Source: Eledone cirrhosa (Eukaryota). From it: a stretch of DNA of 64,000 nt. Position numbers and translations under genes: made by a program. Where the stretch lies: positions 365,986,001 through 366,050,000 of the forward strand of contig OZ024742.1 in the NCBI GenBank assembly GCA_964016885.1, in the 5' to 3' direction. The notes under the pieces were generated by a model that worked only from the letters and a program-made list of their open reading frames with translations, was not told the origin of the DNA and searched no databases. Position 1 is the first letter of the stretch. Each line of letters starts with the position of its first letter. Below, one piece after another: positions 40,467-55,300 of this stretch.

Positions 40467-40796
40467 AAAGTGAGGTTTTTTTACAAAATGAAAAAAAACG
40501 TGGTGTCCCACACGAGTGAAATTATAAAGAAAAAAGATGAAATCGAGAATGCAACTGGAGTCTTTTTTTTTAAATATATTTATTTGGTTCCTTTACCGGT
40601 TTCGCAGTTCTTGTGCTTTTCATGAGTAGAATTGAGATGGAGGGTTTGTGGTTTTTCTCGCATCTGATGCGAGAAAAACCACAAACCCTCCAATTCTACT
40701 CATGAAAAGCACAAGAACTGCGAAACTGGTAAAGGAACCAAATAAATATATTTAAAAAAAAAGACTCCAGTTGCATTTTCGATTTCATCATTTTTC

Positions 40797-40801
<5 letters not shown>
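40463..40801. mobile_element. Fold-back element in (TA)n: palindrome 40524-40801 centred on 40665, 60-bp one-sided tail; decayed hammerhead-like motif in each arm
   Basis: GCATC-T-GATGC centre; CTCATGA-AAA-GCA…TGC-GAAA-CCGG/CTGG-TA then AATAAA. Confidence 0.7.
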
Positions 40802-40840
<39 letters not shown>

Positions 40841-40843
<3 letters not shown>

Positions 40844-41103
40844 CACAAGAATCAAAGCTATGTTCAAAGCATTTATTCACTTACAATTGTTTCATCCAAA
40901 CCTAGGCTTGCAATCTTCGGAGCATTTTTCAATGTTTGTACATATAATTGACTTCCTATCCAACGCAGGAGACATACAGATACAACTGCTCTGTAGAGCA
41001 ACTGATGTTATTACATTGAGCTATTTATATTACTGGTAATAAGGTAGTAATAAATTAATGACCTTCCCTGTTTATAGTTTAAAATATACATAACTATAAA
41101 TAG

Positions 41104-41108
<5 letters not shown>
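40841..41108 (-). mobile_element. Single-copy insert between TA tracts with a hammerhead motif at 40878-40924 (CCGAAGA core)
   Basis: Minus strand TGCT-CCGAAGA-TTG CAAGC CTAG GTTTG GAT-GAAA-CAATTG-TA-AGTG-AATAAA; same layout as the 11298 motif. Confidence 0.6.
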
Positions 41109-41186
<78 letters not shown>

Positions 41187-41559
41187 ATATATATATTATC
41201 GTTTGTGTGTGTGCTTATTACTGAGTTGGACGAAGTTTTAAAACGTGACTTGTATTTTAATACAATACCTACAAATATGTAAATTGAGTCAGCGAGAAAT
41301 ATGAACTTTGTGATAAGTTATAGATTATAATATACTTTAACTTTACATTAACATATTTCTAATGAAAGACACTGGCTAAGTTTTTCAAATAATTTCGAAA
41401 TTAACAATTTCAAGTGATATAACCTTTTTCATAATTAAGTTTGTGTTTGGAATATTAATTTAGAGACTCTTACATAAAACTATGATGAACGTTACTTTTT
41501 TAATAAATAATTAGTAGGATATGATATGGTATGGTTCAGTAAGCCCTGAGGTACTTGTA

Positions 41560-42190
41560 GGGGTGACGTATTGCCGGCGCTTCTTAAGCACTTTAAAGCT
41601 GGCGGCGTCTCTTGGGTATTTTAAAGCTGGCGGCACTTCTTGGGTACTTCAAACCTGGCGGTGCTTCTTGAGTACTTTAAACCCGGCGTCACTTATTGGG
41701 TACTTTAAACCTGACGGCACTTCTAGGGAACTTTAAATCTGGCGGCGCTTCTTGGACACTTTAAACCTGGCGGTACTTCTTGGGTACTTTAAAGCTGGCG
41801 GTACTTCTTGGACACTTAAAAGCTGGCGGTGCTTCTTGAGTACTTTAAACCTGGCGGCGTTTCTTGGGCACTTGAAACCTGGCAGTACTTCTTGGGTACT
41901 TTAAAGCTGGCGGTGATTCTTGGGCACTTTAAGCCTGGCGGTACTTCTTGGGTACTTTAAACCTGGCGGTACTTCTTGGGTACTTTGAAGCTGGTGGCAC
42001 TTCTTGGGTACTTTAAGCCTGACGGCACTTCTTGGGTACTTTAAGCCTGGCGGTGTTTCTTGGGTACTTTGAAGCTGGCGGCGCTTCTTGGGTACTTTAA
42101 GCCTGACGGCACTTCTTAGGTACTTTAAGCTTGACGGCACTTCTTGGGCACATAAAACCTGACGGCACTTCTTGCGTACTTTAAGCCTGG
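41560..42190. repeat. Minisatellite, 28-bp unit (TTAAACCTGGCGGTACTTCTTGGGTACT)
   Basis: Period read at 41761/41789. Confidence 0.92.
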
Positions 42191-42352
42191 TAACCCCCAA
42201 CACTCTCCAGGTCTGAGTACAGCAGATTTCTTCCAGAGAAGGCGAGAAAGAGAGAGAAAGGAAGTGAGAAAGAGATATAGAGGAAGAATCGATCTCAGTA
42301 TTTGACTGTTACTTTGTATATCAACCTCGAAAGGACGAAAGGCAAAGTTGAC
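42190..42352 (-). mobile_element. SINE-like copy with unexpanded CT segment (sister of the element hosting the 11-kb array)
   Basis: Minus strand …GATCGATTCTTCCTCTATATCTCTTTCTCACTTCCTTTCTCTCTCTTTCTCGCCTTCTCTGGAAGAAATCTG…. Confidence 0.65.
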
Positions 42353-42756
42353 CAATAAATATATAATAGACACTAAAATAAACAGTTTCGTATCTTAAAC
42401 CCAGTGGCTGTGTCAGGCAGTCTGGTGTGTAAAGGGTTAGTGTTAACTGAAATATAACTTGAGAACAATTTAGGGAAAGGTACAGCCCAGGCTACAGCAG
42501 GTTATTCTATAACAGAGTCATTAAAGATCAGAACGAAATATATTCCCTTATTCCGCTCACTTTGTTTCCTCTTCTACTTTAAAATATCTTCCATTCTTCT
42601 GCTTCGTCTCACAATTTCTCTCAGTTTATCTGCTTAAATATGTGTGTGTATGTGTGTGTGTATGTGTCTGCATTGTATACGATGCACATATACATATACA
42701 TAATCATGTATAAATATATATATACCTACACATATAGCTATATATATACCCTTACT

Positions 42757-42815
<59 letters not shown>

Positions 42816-42938
42816 GTATATCTTTATAACGAGTTGAGAAATATTTCATATACATAAAAATAATATATATATACACACACACGGTATTATCAAAAAGCGA
42901 GAGAAGTCTACTTAGCATATCAAATACACCACAATTAT

Positions 42939-42993
<55 letters not shown>

Positions 42994-43819
42994 CAAGCGG
43001 TAGAAAGTCTGCTTCACATATGTACTGCTTCACATGTGACTACTTCACATATGTACTACTTCACATCTTATGAGGTTGAACAATGTTTCTGGTTTTACTT
43101 TGCCACAGCAGGTTTGAGGTGAAAGGTTCTCTAGGACAGAAACTATACAGTAATGACTGCTTCACATAGATGTATATATGAGAGAGAGAGAGGGGGATAG
43201 ACAGAGAGTGTGAGAGAGACAGACAGAGTGAGAGAGAGAGGGACAGAGAGAGAGTGGGAGAGTGGGAGTGACAGAGAAAGAGTGCAATGCTTTAACACCT
43301 CCAATTCACCACCTTTATATTGCATGATTATATTTAAACCACACACACACATACATACACACACATATACACACATACACAGACACATATACCCCCCCCC
43401 CCCCCACACACACACACATACATACACACATACACACACACACAATTAGGCCTAAGTCTACAAATATTTATACTTTCCTGTTTGGTTCTAAATTATTCGA
43501 ACATTTTTCAAGACGCTGTCAGATCCTCAACAAAGACATTTTTTTTTTCAGTTTTTTTCCATTCTCGGAAAAGAACAAACATTATTCTTCAACATAGGAG
43601 TGATGCTGAGAAAAGTGATATATATCGATAGAAGTGTGCGGGTGGCGGGGTGGTGATGGGGGATTTGGCACATTTTGAAAGTACTACTGAGATGGAGGCG
43701 GATATTTTTGTTTGTGGCTGCGCGTCTCCCCCTCCCCGTCTCTTTCTACAATAATAAACGGGGATTTCCTTGTTCACTGTTAGAAAGTATTGAAGTATTT
43801 AAGACTATTCGTAATATAA

Positions 43820-44050
43820 TCGGCTTGTCTCTCCACAGCCCCGGCGGGCAGCATAGAGAAGGCGTTTCCCTGGTGGACGGCAAGGGAGACGCGCTGAAAG
43901 AGCCACTCCAGCTCGCGGGGCTCACACCTGCGGCTGGCCAGCTCAGCGCCTATGGTGGTGAGTAGGGAGGTAGCCCTAGGACCGAGGACATCAGAAGTCC
44001 CCACTGCCAAAGGTACAACCGCAAACCTGTCGGAGAGCGACCGGTATTTG
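43820..44050 (-). mobile_element. CRE-like non-LTR retrotransposon fragment (C-terminal restriction-like endonuclease end)
   Basis: KYRSLSDRFAVVPLAVGTSDVLGP…ELEWLFQRVSLAVHQGNA matches the CRE-type 'KY…F.P.AVET.G..G…LFQR.S.A.QRGNA' motif. Confidence 0.75.
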
Positions 44051-44196
44051 AAGCATTCTCTAAGACATTGTAACAATTCCCATTTATAAACACTACAATA
44101 TTGGCTTCATTGCATCTTGACCTTCTCAAGTCTTGGACATCACATCTTATACTAACTCGAGATTGGTCTTTTTACTCTGTTTTCATCTGTCTTGGT

Positions 44197-44236
<40 letters not shown>

Positions 44237-45149
44237 AGCTCTCTCTCTCTCACTAGCGTTCTCTCCCTCTCTCTCTCTCTCTAACCCCGCCACCATCACC
44301 ATTCTGTTTCTCTCTATGTCTCTTCCCCCCATCTCTATATCTACAAACTTACTCCTGGGAAATGTCTCGTCTAATGTTCCCTATATCGATATAGGATAGC
44401 ATGAGAAGTTCTTAGTCTCCTGATAAATATGTTATTACTATGGTTTATGATAATAAACTTGTATAGATTTAGTAGTAAAAATATAGCACAACTCTCGCCC
44501 AAATCCCCAAACATTTACCAATAATTCTTCAAAAACATCTTGTGTAGTTTTAAGATAAAAGAGTTTATTCGACATATCTAACACATTTGTTTACAATCGA
44601 ACTAGTTGACCCCCTGGAAATTTCCTGGCTTAATTAGAAACCACAATTATCAAATATCAATAAGGTATTTTAAATGTATTTATAGGATATATACACACTA
44701 TACACAGTAATAAGGGAGATGAAAACAAACTTTAGGAGTTGCCGCTACCAATAACATCACTTTCTCAATCATTTACACATTATTACAATCCGCTTTCCAT
44801 AAAGTCTTGTGACTCCATAGAATTACAATGTGTGTTGTGAGTGTGCGCGCGCACACACACACACACACATACATACACACACACATACACACACCGTCGC
44901 GAATAGAAATGGCCGAAATGGGGTTGCTTCTGACAGGAGCCGCTGGAGGGAGTGTCTGAGGACACTGCCCCCACGACCCTTTCAGTAATAATTGGGCGAA
45001 GAAGAAGCTATAAAAACAAAGGTTCGACATTACTGCTATGACATCCAGACACACAAATACACACACTTATCTGTTTTTCATAAAGATTTGTTGCAATGTG
45101 TATGTTTATATGGTTCCGTAACTTCTGTTGGAGTCGGGGGGGGGTAATG

Positions 45150-45660
45150 ACATACGGCCTTTCTTCGGCATTTTAAGCCCGGTGGAGCCCTTCCTTCCAG
45201 AGAAGGATTGATAGTGAGAGCGTTCTCTGCCTACCCGTTGGCCCACCTGTGATATGGAGCCACGAGCTTGCTTCTTGCTGCTGATACGGCCATACCTTCA
45301 GCCACTGGGGTCCAGCCGGTTAACCCTTTGGGCCCCCTCCTATTTGCTCTTGGTATAGGCCACATTGCTCGGAGTATCACGGTCCCTCTCAACGTTTGGT
45401 ACCTGGAGGATGCTAACTTGGGCGGGCCCGTGGAGACTATCTGCCATGACCTACAATCGGTGGTTCCTGCTCTGGCGAGAATCGGCCTTCTGGTGTCCTT
45501 GACCCTAGAACTTCCTCCCTACTTACCACCATAGGCACTGAGCTGGCCAGCCGCAGGTGTGAGCTTAGCGAGATGAAATGGCTCTTCCAGCGTATTTCCC
45601 TTACCATCCTCTGGGGAAATGATTTATTCATTCTGTACGCCGGGGCCGGCCAGCATGCGA
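45150..45660 (+). mobile_element. CRE-like retrotransposon fragment: RT core fused by internal deletion to the C-terminus
   Basis: IPSATGVQPVNPLGPLLFALGI (GVQQGDPLGPLLF) and WYLEDANLGG (YLDD); then IGTELASRRCE…WLFQRISLTILWGN, homologous to the 43.9-kb fragment. Confidence 0.8.
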
Positions 45661-45848
45661 GACCCCATTTGCTCATAATAGAGAGAGATGGGGAGGGCGA
45701 GAGAAATGGGGAGGGCGAGAGAAATGGAGGCGATGTCAGTGGGAGTTCGGCTCTTCTGTGCTTAGACCTGGTGTACAGCATCAGTTATCCGTAAGGAGGT
45801 AGTGATTCATCTACTATTATCGAGTAAATGTCTGTCTTATTGTTGCCA

Positions 45849-46334
45849 TTAACTCTTTGAATGCCATAATATTTCACCATTGCATTTTTTTTTTTTTAAA
45901 TTTTTTTCATTCTTTCTGATTAAAAATATTTAGAACCAAATTTGACCCAAACCTATTTTAATCAAAACAAATTATAGACGATGTCTAGCGGCCGAGGGGC
46001 TTAAGGCTTCACATTTTAATGCATTAGTGATATTGGTACCAGTACTTTAGTGTTTATTTAAACCCATTTATTACTAATGAAAGATACTGAAAATAATTAT
46101 GAATTTAGGAGGATTTAGTAATATAAATATATTTCTCGCTAATAAGCTGATGTTTGGACCAAAGTTTTAGTAATATAATTACATTCCCCGTTAGTAAGCG
46201 GGTTTTTAGGACAAAGATTCCTAAAATAAAATTATCATGGAAGGGTGTTTTGATAAATATAAAACACTTTAGAATATTCAGCTTTTTATAGAACTACGAT
46301 CGGTTCCAGACAGTTTGGTATGCAAAATGGTTAA
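45849..46334. mobile_element. Possible piggyBac-type MITE (TTAA-flanked, weak TIRs)
   Basis: TTAA-CTCTTTGAATGCCA … TGGTATGCAAAATGG-TTAA. Confidence 0.3.
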
Positions 46335-47322
46335 TGACCCCATTAGAATGAAAGACCTCCGGAAAAATTAGATTCAGAGTGTAATGGGACATAACCAAAT
46401 ATCTTAGAAAGAAGCATTTGTTTTTCTTTTTACATTGAACTTATTTTACTGATATAACTGTCCATAAGACATTTGAAATAATGGTTGCTAATTTAAGTAA
46501 AGTGCCAGTATTTTAGGGTAGCGATTAGTCTAATATATCGACGTTAGTACTTGATTGGTATTTTTTTATATCGAAGCTTAAGTTATGGTCGGCTCTACAC
46601 CCGATGATGCTTCTGGGATCACTGACCTAGGATGATCTCAGTCTCATTGAGCAAGAGCAAGAAATAGCAGGAAGGGTTAGGGTGAAATTTAAAATTGATC
46701 TCGGAGAGATTTTGAACTAGGAACGTAGAATTAAACCAAACACAGAAACATACACACGTACACACGTATATATAGTACACATGTATGTTGTCTATATTAT
46801 ATAACACTAGTCTAGTGACCCGCCATTACAGTAAAAGTTACGTTGTGTAAATCTTTGATTGTCTTTTGGGAAAATCCAAATCAAATCTCGGAATTGTTTA
46901 TTTTATGGCGTTTCTTCTTTTCTCTGATAGACATTAAATTATAGACGAGTCTCCACAGAACCTACCCTCCCCCTCCTTATATAATCCACCTTCAATATCT
47001 TACATCATATTATGTCTACTGTACCAAGTTACATAATATCTGATTAGATTTTATTTATCTTGGATTATTCATAGAATCCGTAAATAAATTTAATCAAATA
47101 TTTACTGATATTCCTAAGAATATCTTGTTTTAGCGTCTAACCAAATTATAAATTATTCCGATAGTTCGATTTTTCTTAACACAAATAATCAGGAATTCAT
47201 TTATAAGTTCGATTTTCTCGCTTGTGATCTATGTATTAGTAAATATTTCGTAGGCAGGAAAAAGCTTCGATAAAATTTGAGTTCAATACGGTCAAGGATG
47301 TCGATAAGAATGTTTTGTTGTG

Positions 47323-48972
47323 TTTATAGTAAACTACAAGATATACCAGCAGCCCCTAATTTACGCCATATCCTCTTCTAAAGGTACATTTATAGTAAAC
47401 TACAAGATATACCAGCAGCCCCTAATTTACGCCATATCCACTTCTAAAGGTACATTTATAGTAAACTACAAGATATACCAGAAGCCCCTAGTTTACGCCA
47501 TATCCTCTTCCACAGGTACATTTATAGTAAACTACAAGATATACCAGCAGCCCCTAATTTACGCCATATCCTCTTCTAAAGGTACATTTATAGTAAACTA
47601 CAAGATATACCAGAAGCCCCTAGTTTACGCCATATCCACTTCTAAAGTTACATTTATAGTAAACTACAAGATATACCAGCAGCCCCTAGTTTACGCCATA
47701 TCCTCTTCTAAAGGTACATTTATAGTAAACTACAAGATATGCCAGCAGCCCCTAATTTACGCCATATCCACTTCTAAAGGTACATTTATAGTAAACTACA
47801 AGATATACCAGAAGCCCCTAGTTTACGCCATATCCACTTCTAAAGGTACATTTATAGTAAACTACAAGATATACCAGCAGCCCCTAGTTTACGCCATATC
47901 CTCTTCCTCAGGTGCATTTATAGTAAACTACAAGATATACCAGCAGCCCCTAATTTACGCCATATCCTCTTCCACAGGTACACTTATAGTAAACTACAAG
48001 ATATACCAGCAGCCCCTAATTTACGCCATATCCTCTTCCACAGGTACATTTATAGTAAACTACAAGATATACCAGCAGCCCCTAATTTACGCCATATCCT
48101 CTTCTAAAGGTACATTTATAGTAAACTACAAGATATACCAGAAGCCCCTAGTTTACGCCATATCCTCTTCCACAGGTACATTTATAGTAAACTACAAGAT
48201 ATACCAGCAGCCCCTAGTTTACGCCATATCCTCTTCCACAGGTACATTTATAGTAAACTACAAGATATACCAGCAGCCCCTAGTTTACGCCATATCCTCT
48301 TCTAAAGGTACATTTATAGTAAACTACAAGATATACCAGCAGCCCCTAGTTTACGCCATATCCTCTTCCATAGGTACATTTATAGTAAACTACAAGATAT
48401 ACCAGCAGCCCCTAATTTACGCCATATCCTCTTCCATAGGTACATTTATAGTGAACTACAAGATATACCAGCAGCCCCTAGTTTACGCCATATCCTCTTC
48501 TAAAGGTACATTTATAGTAAACTACAAGATATACCAGCAGCCCCTAATTTACGCCATATCCTCTTCCATAGGTACATTTATAGTAAACTACAAGATATAC
48601 CAGCAGCCCCTAATTTACGCCATATCCTCTTCTAAAGGTACATTTATAGTAAACTACAAGATATACCAGCAGCCCCTAATTTACGCCATATCCTCTTCTA
48701 AAGGTACATTTATAGTAAACTACAAGATATACCAGCAGCCCCTAATTTACGCCATATCCTCTTCTAAAGGTACATTTATAGTAAACTACAAGATATACCA
48801 GCAGCCCCTAGTTTACGCCATATCCTCTTCTAAAGGTACATTTATAGTAAACTACAAGATATACCAGCAGCCCCTAATTTACGCCATATCCTCTTCCATA
48901 GGTACATTTATAGTAAACTACAAGATATACCAGCAGCCCCTAATTTACACCATATCCTCTTCCATAGGTACA
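47323..48972. repeat. Minisatellite, 66-bp unit, ~25 highly similar copies
   Basis: 22-aa periodicity FIVNYKIYQQPLIYAISSSKGT. Confidence 0.95.
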
Positions 48973-49059
48973 CACAGTGTAGCGAACTGCTGTTAATTAA
49001 ATATTTTATTTCCACATTGGAGAACGATACCAACTTGTAAACACATATTTGATTAGATT

Positions 49060-49635
49060 TGTCTTTTATTCTTACAGAGGTCGCTGAAATAAAGTACCAG
49101 TAACTTACTGGGGTTGATTTAATCGACTTTCCCCTCCTCCTAAAATTGTCCTTGAGCCGGAATGAGAAATCGTTATTACAGATATGTTCAGGAAAGTGTA
49201 TTGGATTGGCATGAGTTGGTAGAGTGTCGGACGAATGCTTTGCAGCATAGAGTTTAGACCCTTTACATTCTGAATTCAAATTATATCGAGGTAAACTTTG
49301 CCTTTCAACCTAACGGGGTCGATAAAATAAAGTACCTGTAATGCACTTGTGTTGACTTGATCGACTTTCTCAATCCATTCAATTTGCTGGCCTTGTGTCT
49401 CAATCAACCATTATAACAGAAATGCCCAGGACGGTGGATTGGTTGCATCGGTAGAGCGCCGGAGGAAAGGCTTTGCGGTATTTAGTTACGTATTTGAGTT
49501 CAAATTCTGCCGAGGTGATCCTTGCCTTTCAGCCTCCCAGGGTCTATGAAATAAAGTAGCAGGTAAGTACTGGTGTCAATATAATCAACTTTCCCTCCCC
49601 TTAAACTGTTGTCCTTGTGCTACTGTTAGAAAGAA
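49060..49635 (+). mobile_element. Three tandem tRNA-derived SINE copies
   Basis: Core …GGTCGATAAAATAAAGTACC… recurs near 49080, 49320 and 49545; B-boxes near 49272 and 49496. Confidence 0.65.
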
Positions 49636-50589
49636 TTAATATAAATACGTCCACGTCTCACGACCTCTTCACGGTAGTCTAGCAGTAAATCTAGGAGTTT
49701 TGTTGTTTAGCCCCAAGTAAACATTGTTTGAGTCACCCTGTGGGTTTAGATCAAATCGGCCAACCAGTTTAAGACGACCCACAAGCATCTAGTCTTTTGG
49801 TGTCTTTAGCGAGGTCCCAATCTGTTATGAAAGCACATGGTCCATTCGTCAGGGCATTGACCTCATGGTAATAAGATGGTGGGGGAGGGGGTTGATTCCT
49901 GAACCGAGCGGCAAGTTGTGTTCTTGAGCAAGACACACCAGTTCACGCCCCTTTTCATTAAGATGCCCGAGAAACCCTCTCTTAGATGCAACAACGTGGG
50001 AGGCCAGCTACACCTACATAGAAATGAGATGTTAAATTTGTTTCATTTTTGCTCCTATACATACATGCAGAGAGAGAGGAGAGCAATGAAGAAAATGGCT
50101 GAAAGATGAGAAAAGTTAGCGATTGAAAGGGAAAGAAGAAAAATAAAACGTAAAACGAGAGAATAAAAGATTAAAATGGTGAATGAGATTGAGAGAACAA
50201 ATAGCATATTAGAGGAAAGTTTGCTTAATATTAATAATATTCTACCTTTGATATTTTCGTAAATCTTTCCAAGAGGGACCTCATAGAGAGACAAAGAAAA
50301 CAAACTTCCTGATAATCTGAAAAATGTTTCCTAAACAAAATATATATTCTTTGAAACAAAAATTACAAGAACAACAACAATAATGATGATAATAATAATG
50401 ATAAAAACTAAATAAAATGGAAACAAAAATATTGAAAAATAATTTTGGCAATCTATATGTGATACCCCAAAAGTACAATAATATTTCTTTGTTCTCAGTC
50501 GGAATGGTGGTTCCAATTCGCTCACTAAACAAAAGAAATGCTGTATGTGTCTGCGAAATCATCTGAATTCGATATTTTCTGCATTATTG

Positions 50590-50752
50590 TTTAGGGCGCC
50601 ATGCTTTCCAGCATAGTTACGTCCCTTTGCGGTCTGAGTTCAAATCCCGCCGAGGTTAACTTTGCCTTTCATCCTTACGGGGTCGATAAAATAAAGTACC
50701 AGTAATGTACTGGGTAATTGATGGCCTTGTGCCAAAAGTAGAAACAATTATT
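50590..50752 (+). mobile_element. tRNA-derived SINE copy
   Basis: GAGTTCAAATCCCGCCGAGGTTAACTTTGCCTTTCATCCTTACGGGGTCGATAAAATAAAGTACCAGT. Confidence 0.75.
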
Positions 50753-51019
50753 GTTTAGGGTGGTTAGGACGTTGAACTCACAAAAATAAGTACATGGGCT
50801 CGAATCGAGAGACGGATGGTGCCTTGCGTTCTTGAGGCAAATACTTTATTTCACGTTGCTCTTTCTGCCAGGAGTTTCAACGAGAATATAGAATGAGTGA
50901 TTGAAAGATGAATGGAAACATTGTTATATTGATCTCGACTGACCAGCAACTACTTTGCCAGGAGTGGCGACAGATCGATAGTATCAGCAATAGATTGGTT
51001 GATCTATGAAGGACTCGGA

Positions 51020-52226
<1,207 letters not shown>

Positions 52227-52309
52227 AATTGAACTGGATGACTTGGCCGTATCTGTGACGAGATAAAAGAGTCTAATAAAGGGTTGTAGAAATCTACTGA
52301 AGGGAAATG

Positions 52310-55300
52310 GATGGGTAACTGTAGACAGGGGATTGACCCCTCATGGTGGGTAGACAGGGGAGTTGACCACTCATCGTGGGTAGTCAGGGGAGTTGAGCCC
52401 TCATCGTGGGTAGACAGGGGAGTTGATACCTTATAGTGGGTAACTGTAGACAGGGGAGTTGATGCCTCCTGGTGGGTAGACAGGGAAGTTGACCCCTCAC
52501 GGTGGGTAACTGTAGACAGGGGAGTTGACCCCTCGTGGTGAGTAGACAGGGGAGTTGACCACTCATGGTGGGTAACTGTAGACAGGGGAGTTGACCCCTC
52601 GTGGTGAGTAGACAGGGGAGTTGACCACTCATGGTGGGTAACTGTAGACCAAGGAGTTGATGCCTCCTGGTGGGTGAACAGCGGAGTTGACCCATCATGG
52701 TGGGTAACTGTAGACAGGGAAGTTGACCCCTCATTGTGGGTAAATGTAGTCAGGGGACTTGATGCTTCGTGGTGGGTAACTGTAGACCAGGGGAGTTGAT
52801 CCCTCATGGTGGGTAACTGTAGACAGGGGAGTTGACCCCTCATAGTGGGTAGACAGGGGAGTTGACCCCAGATGGTGGGTAACTGTAGACAGGGAGTTGA
52901 CCCCTCATAGTGGGTAGACAGGGGAGTTGACCCCAGATGGTGGGTAACTGTAGACAGGGAGTTGACCCCTCATAGTGGGTAGACAGGGGAGTTGACCCCA
53001 GATGGTGGGTAACTGTAGACAGGGAGTTGACCCCTCATAGTGGGTAGACAGGGGAGTTGACCCCAGATGGTGGGTAACTGTAGAAAGGGGAGTTGACCCC
53101 TCATTGTGGGTAGATAGTAGATAGGGGAGTTGACCCCAGATGGTGGGTAACTGTAGACAGGGAAGTTGACCCCTCATGGTTGGCAACTGTAGACACGGAG
53201 TTGATCCTTCATGGGGTGTAGACGGGTGAGTTGACACCTCAATGTGGGTAACTGTAAACATGGGAGTTGACCCCTCATGGTGGGTAGCCAGGGGAATTGA
53301 CCCCTCGTGGTGCGTAACTGTAGACAGGGGACTTGATGCCTGAGGTGGGTAGACAGGGGAGTTGACACATCATGGTGGGTAACTGTAGACAGGGAAGTTG
53401 ACACCTCGTGGTGGGTAACTGTAGACAGGGGAGTTGACACCTCGTGGTGGGTAACTCTAGACAGGGGAGTTGACACCTCGTGGTGGGTAACTCTAGACAT
53501 GGGAGTTTATCGCTCATGGTGGGTAACTGTAGACAGGAAAGTTGACTCCTCACTGTGGGTAACTATAGGCAGGGAGTTGATGCCTAATGGTGGGTAACTG
53601 TAGACAGGAAAGATGATCCCTCATGGTCGCTAACTGTAGACAGGGGAGTTAACTCCTTATGGTGGGTAACTGTAGAAGGGAAGTTGATCCTTCGTGGTGG
53701 GTAACGGTAGACAGGGAAGTTGATCCCTCGTGGTGGATAGACAGAGGAGTTCATCCCTCTTGGTGGGTAACTGTAGACAGGGGAGTTGATCACTCGTTGT
53801 GGGTAAATGTAGACGGGCGAGTTGATCCCTTATTGTGGGTAACTGTAGAGAGGGAAGTTGATCCTTCAATGTGGGTAACTGTAGACAGGGAAGTTGACCT
53901 CTCGTTGTGGGTAAATGTAGACAGGGGAGTTGATCCCTAGTGGTGGGTAGACAGGGGAGTTAATCCGTCTCGATGGGTAACTACAGACAGGGGAGTTGAC
54001 CACTCATAGTGGGTCACTGTAGACAGGGGATTTTACCCCTAATGGTGGGTAACTGTAGACAGTGGAGTTGACCCCTCATCGTGGGTAACTGTAGACAGGG
54101 GAGTTGACCACTCATCGTGGGTAGAGAGGGGAGTTGAGCCCTCATCATGGGTAGACAGGGGAGTGGACGCCTCATTGTGGGTAACTGTAGACAGGAAGTT
54201 GATCCTCATGTGGGTAGACAGGGGAGTTGATACCTTATGGTGGGTAACTGCAGACAGGGGAGTTGATGCCTCCTGGTGGGTAGACAGGGAAGTTGACCCC
54301 TCACTGTGGGTAACTGTAGACAGGGGAGTTGATGCCTCCTGGTGGGTAGACAGGGAAGTTGAACCCTCACGGTGGGTAACTGTAGACAGGGGAGTTGACC
54401 CCTCGTGGTGAGTAGACAGGGGAGTTGACCACTCATAGTGGGTCACTGTAGACAGGGGATTTTACCCCTAATGGTGGGTAACTGTAGACAGGGGAGTTGA
54501 CCCATCAAGGTGGGTAACTGTAGACAGGGAAGGTGATCCCTCATGGTAGTTAACTGTAGACAGGGGAGTTGATCCCTCATGGTGGGTAGACATGGCAGTT
54601 GATCCCTCATGGTGGGTAGACATGGTAGTTGATCCCTCATGGTGGGTAACTGTAGACAGGGGAGTTGACCCCTCGTGGTGGGTAACTGTAGACAGGGGAG
54701 TAGATCCCTCGTGGTGGGTAGACAGGGGAGTTAATCCGTCTTAATGGGTAACTATAGACAGGGGAGTTGACCACTCATTTGTGGGTCACTGTAGACAGGG
54801 GATTTTACCCCTTATGGTGGGTAACTGTAAACAGGGGAGTTGATGCCTCATGGTGGGTAGACAGGGGAGTTGACCCATCAAGGTGGGTAACTGTAGACAG
54901 GGAAGTTGATCCCACATGGTAGGTAGACAGGGGATTTGATCCCTCAGAGTGGGTAACTGTAGACAGGAGAGTTGACTCCTCGTGGTGGTTAACTGTAAAC
55001 AGGGGAGGTGACCCCTCTGGTGGGTAACTGTAGACAGGGGAGTTGATCCCTCATGGTGGGTAAACAGGGGAGTTGACCCCACATGTGGGTAGACAGGGCA
55101 GTTATCCTTTCTTGTGGGTAACTGTAGACATGGAAGTTGATCCCTAGTGGTGGGTAACTATAGACATGGGAGTTGATCCCTAGTGGTGGGTAACTGTAGA
55201 CAGGGGAGTTGATCCTTCCTTGTGGGTAACTATAGACAGGGAAGTTGATCCCTCATTGTGGGTAACTGTAGACAGGGGAGTTGACCCCTCTGGTGGGTAA

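Noticed and set aside
46805-47240. Possible Helentron-associated (HINE-like) element
   Set aside because: Only a vague resemblance (ACTAG…GACCCG start); termini could not be defined
47320-48996. 558-aa ORF of 22-aa repeats
   Set aside because: Coincides exactly with a 66-bp minisatellite; GTG start, no unique N- or C-terminal domain
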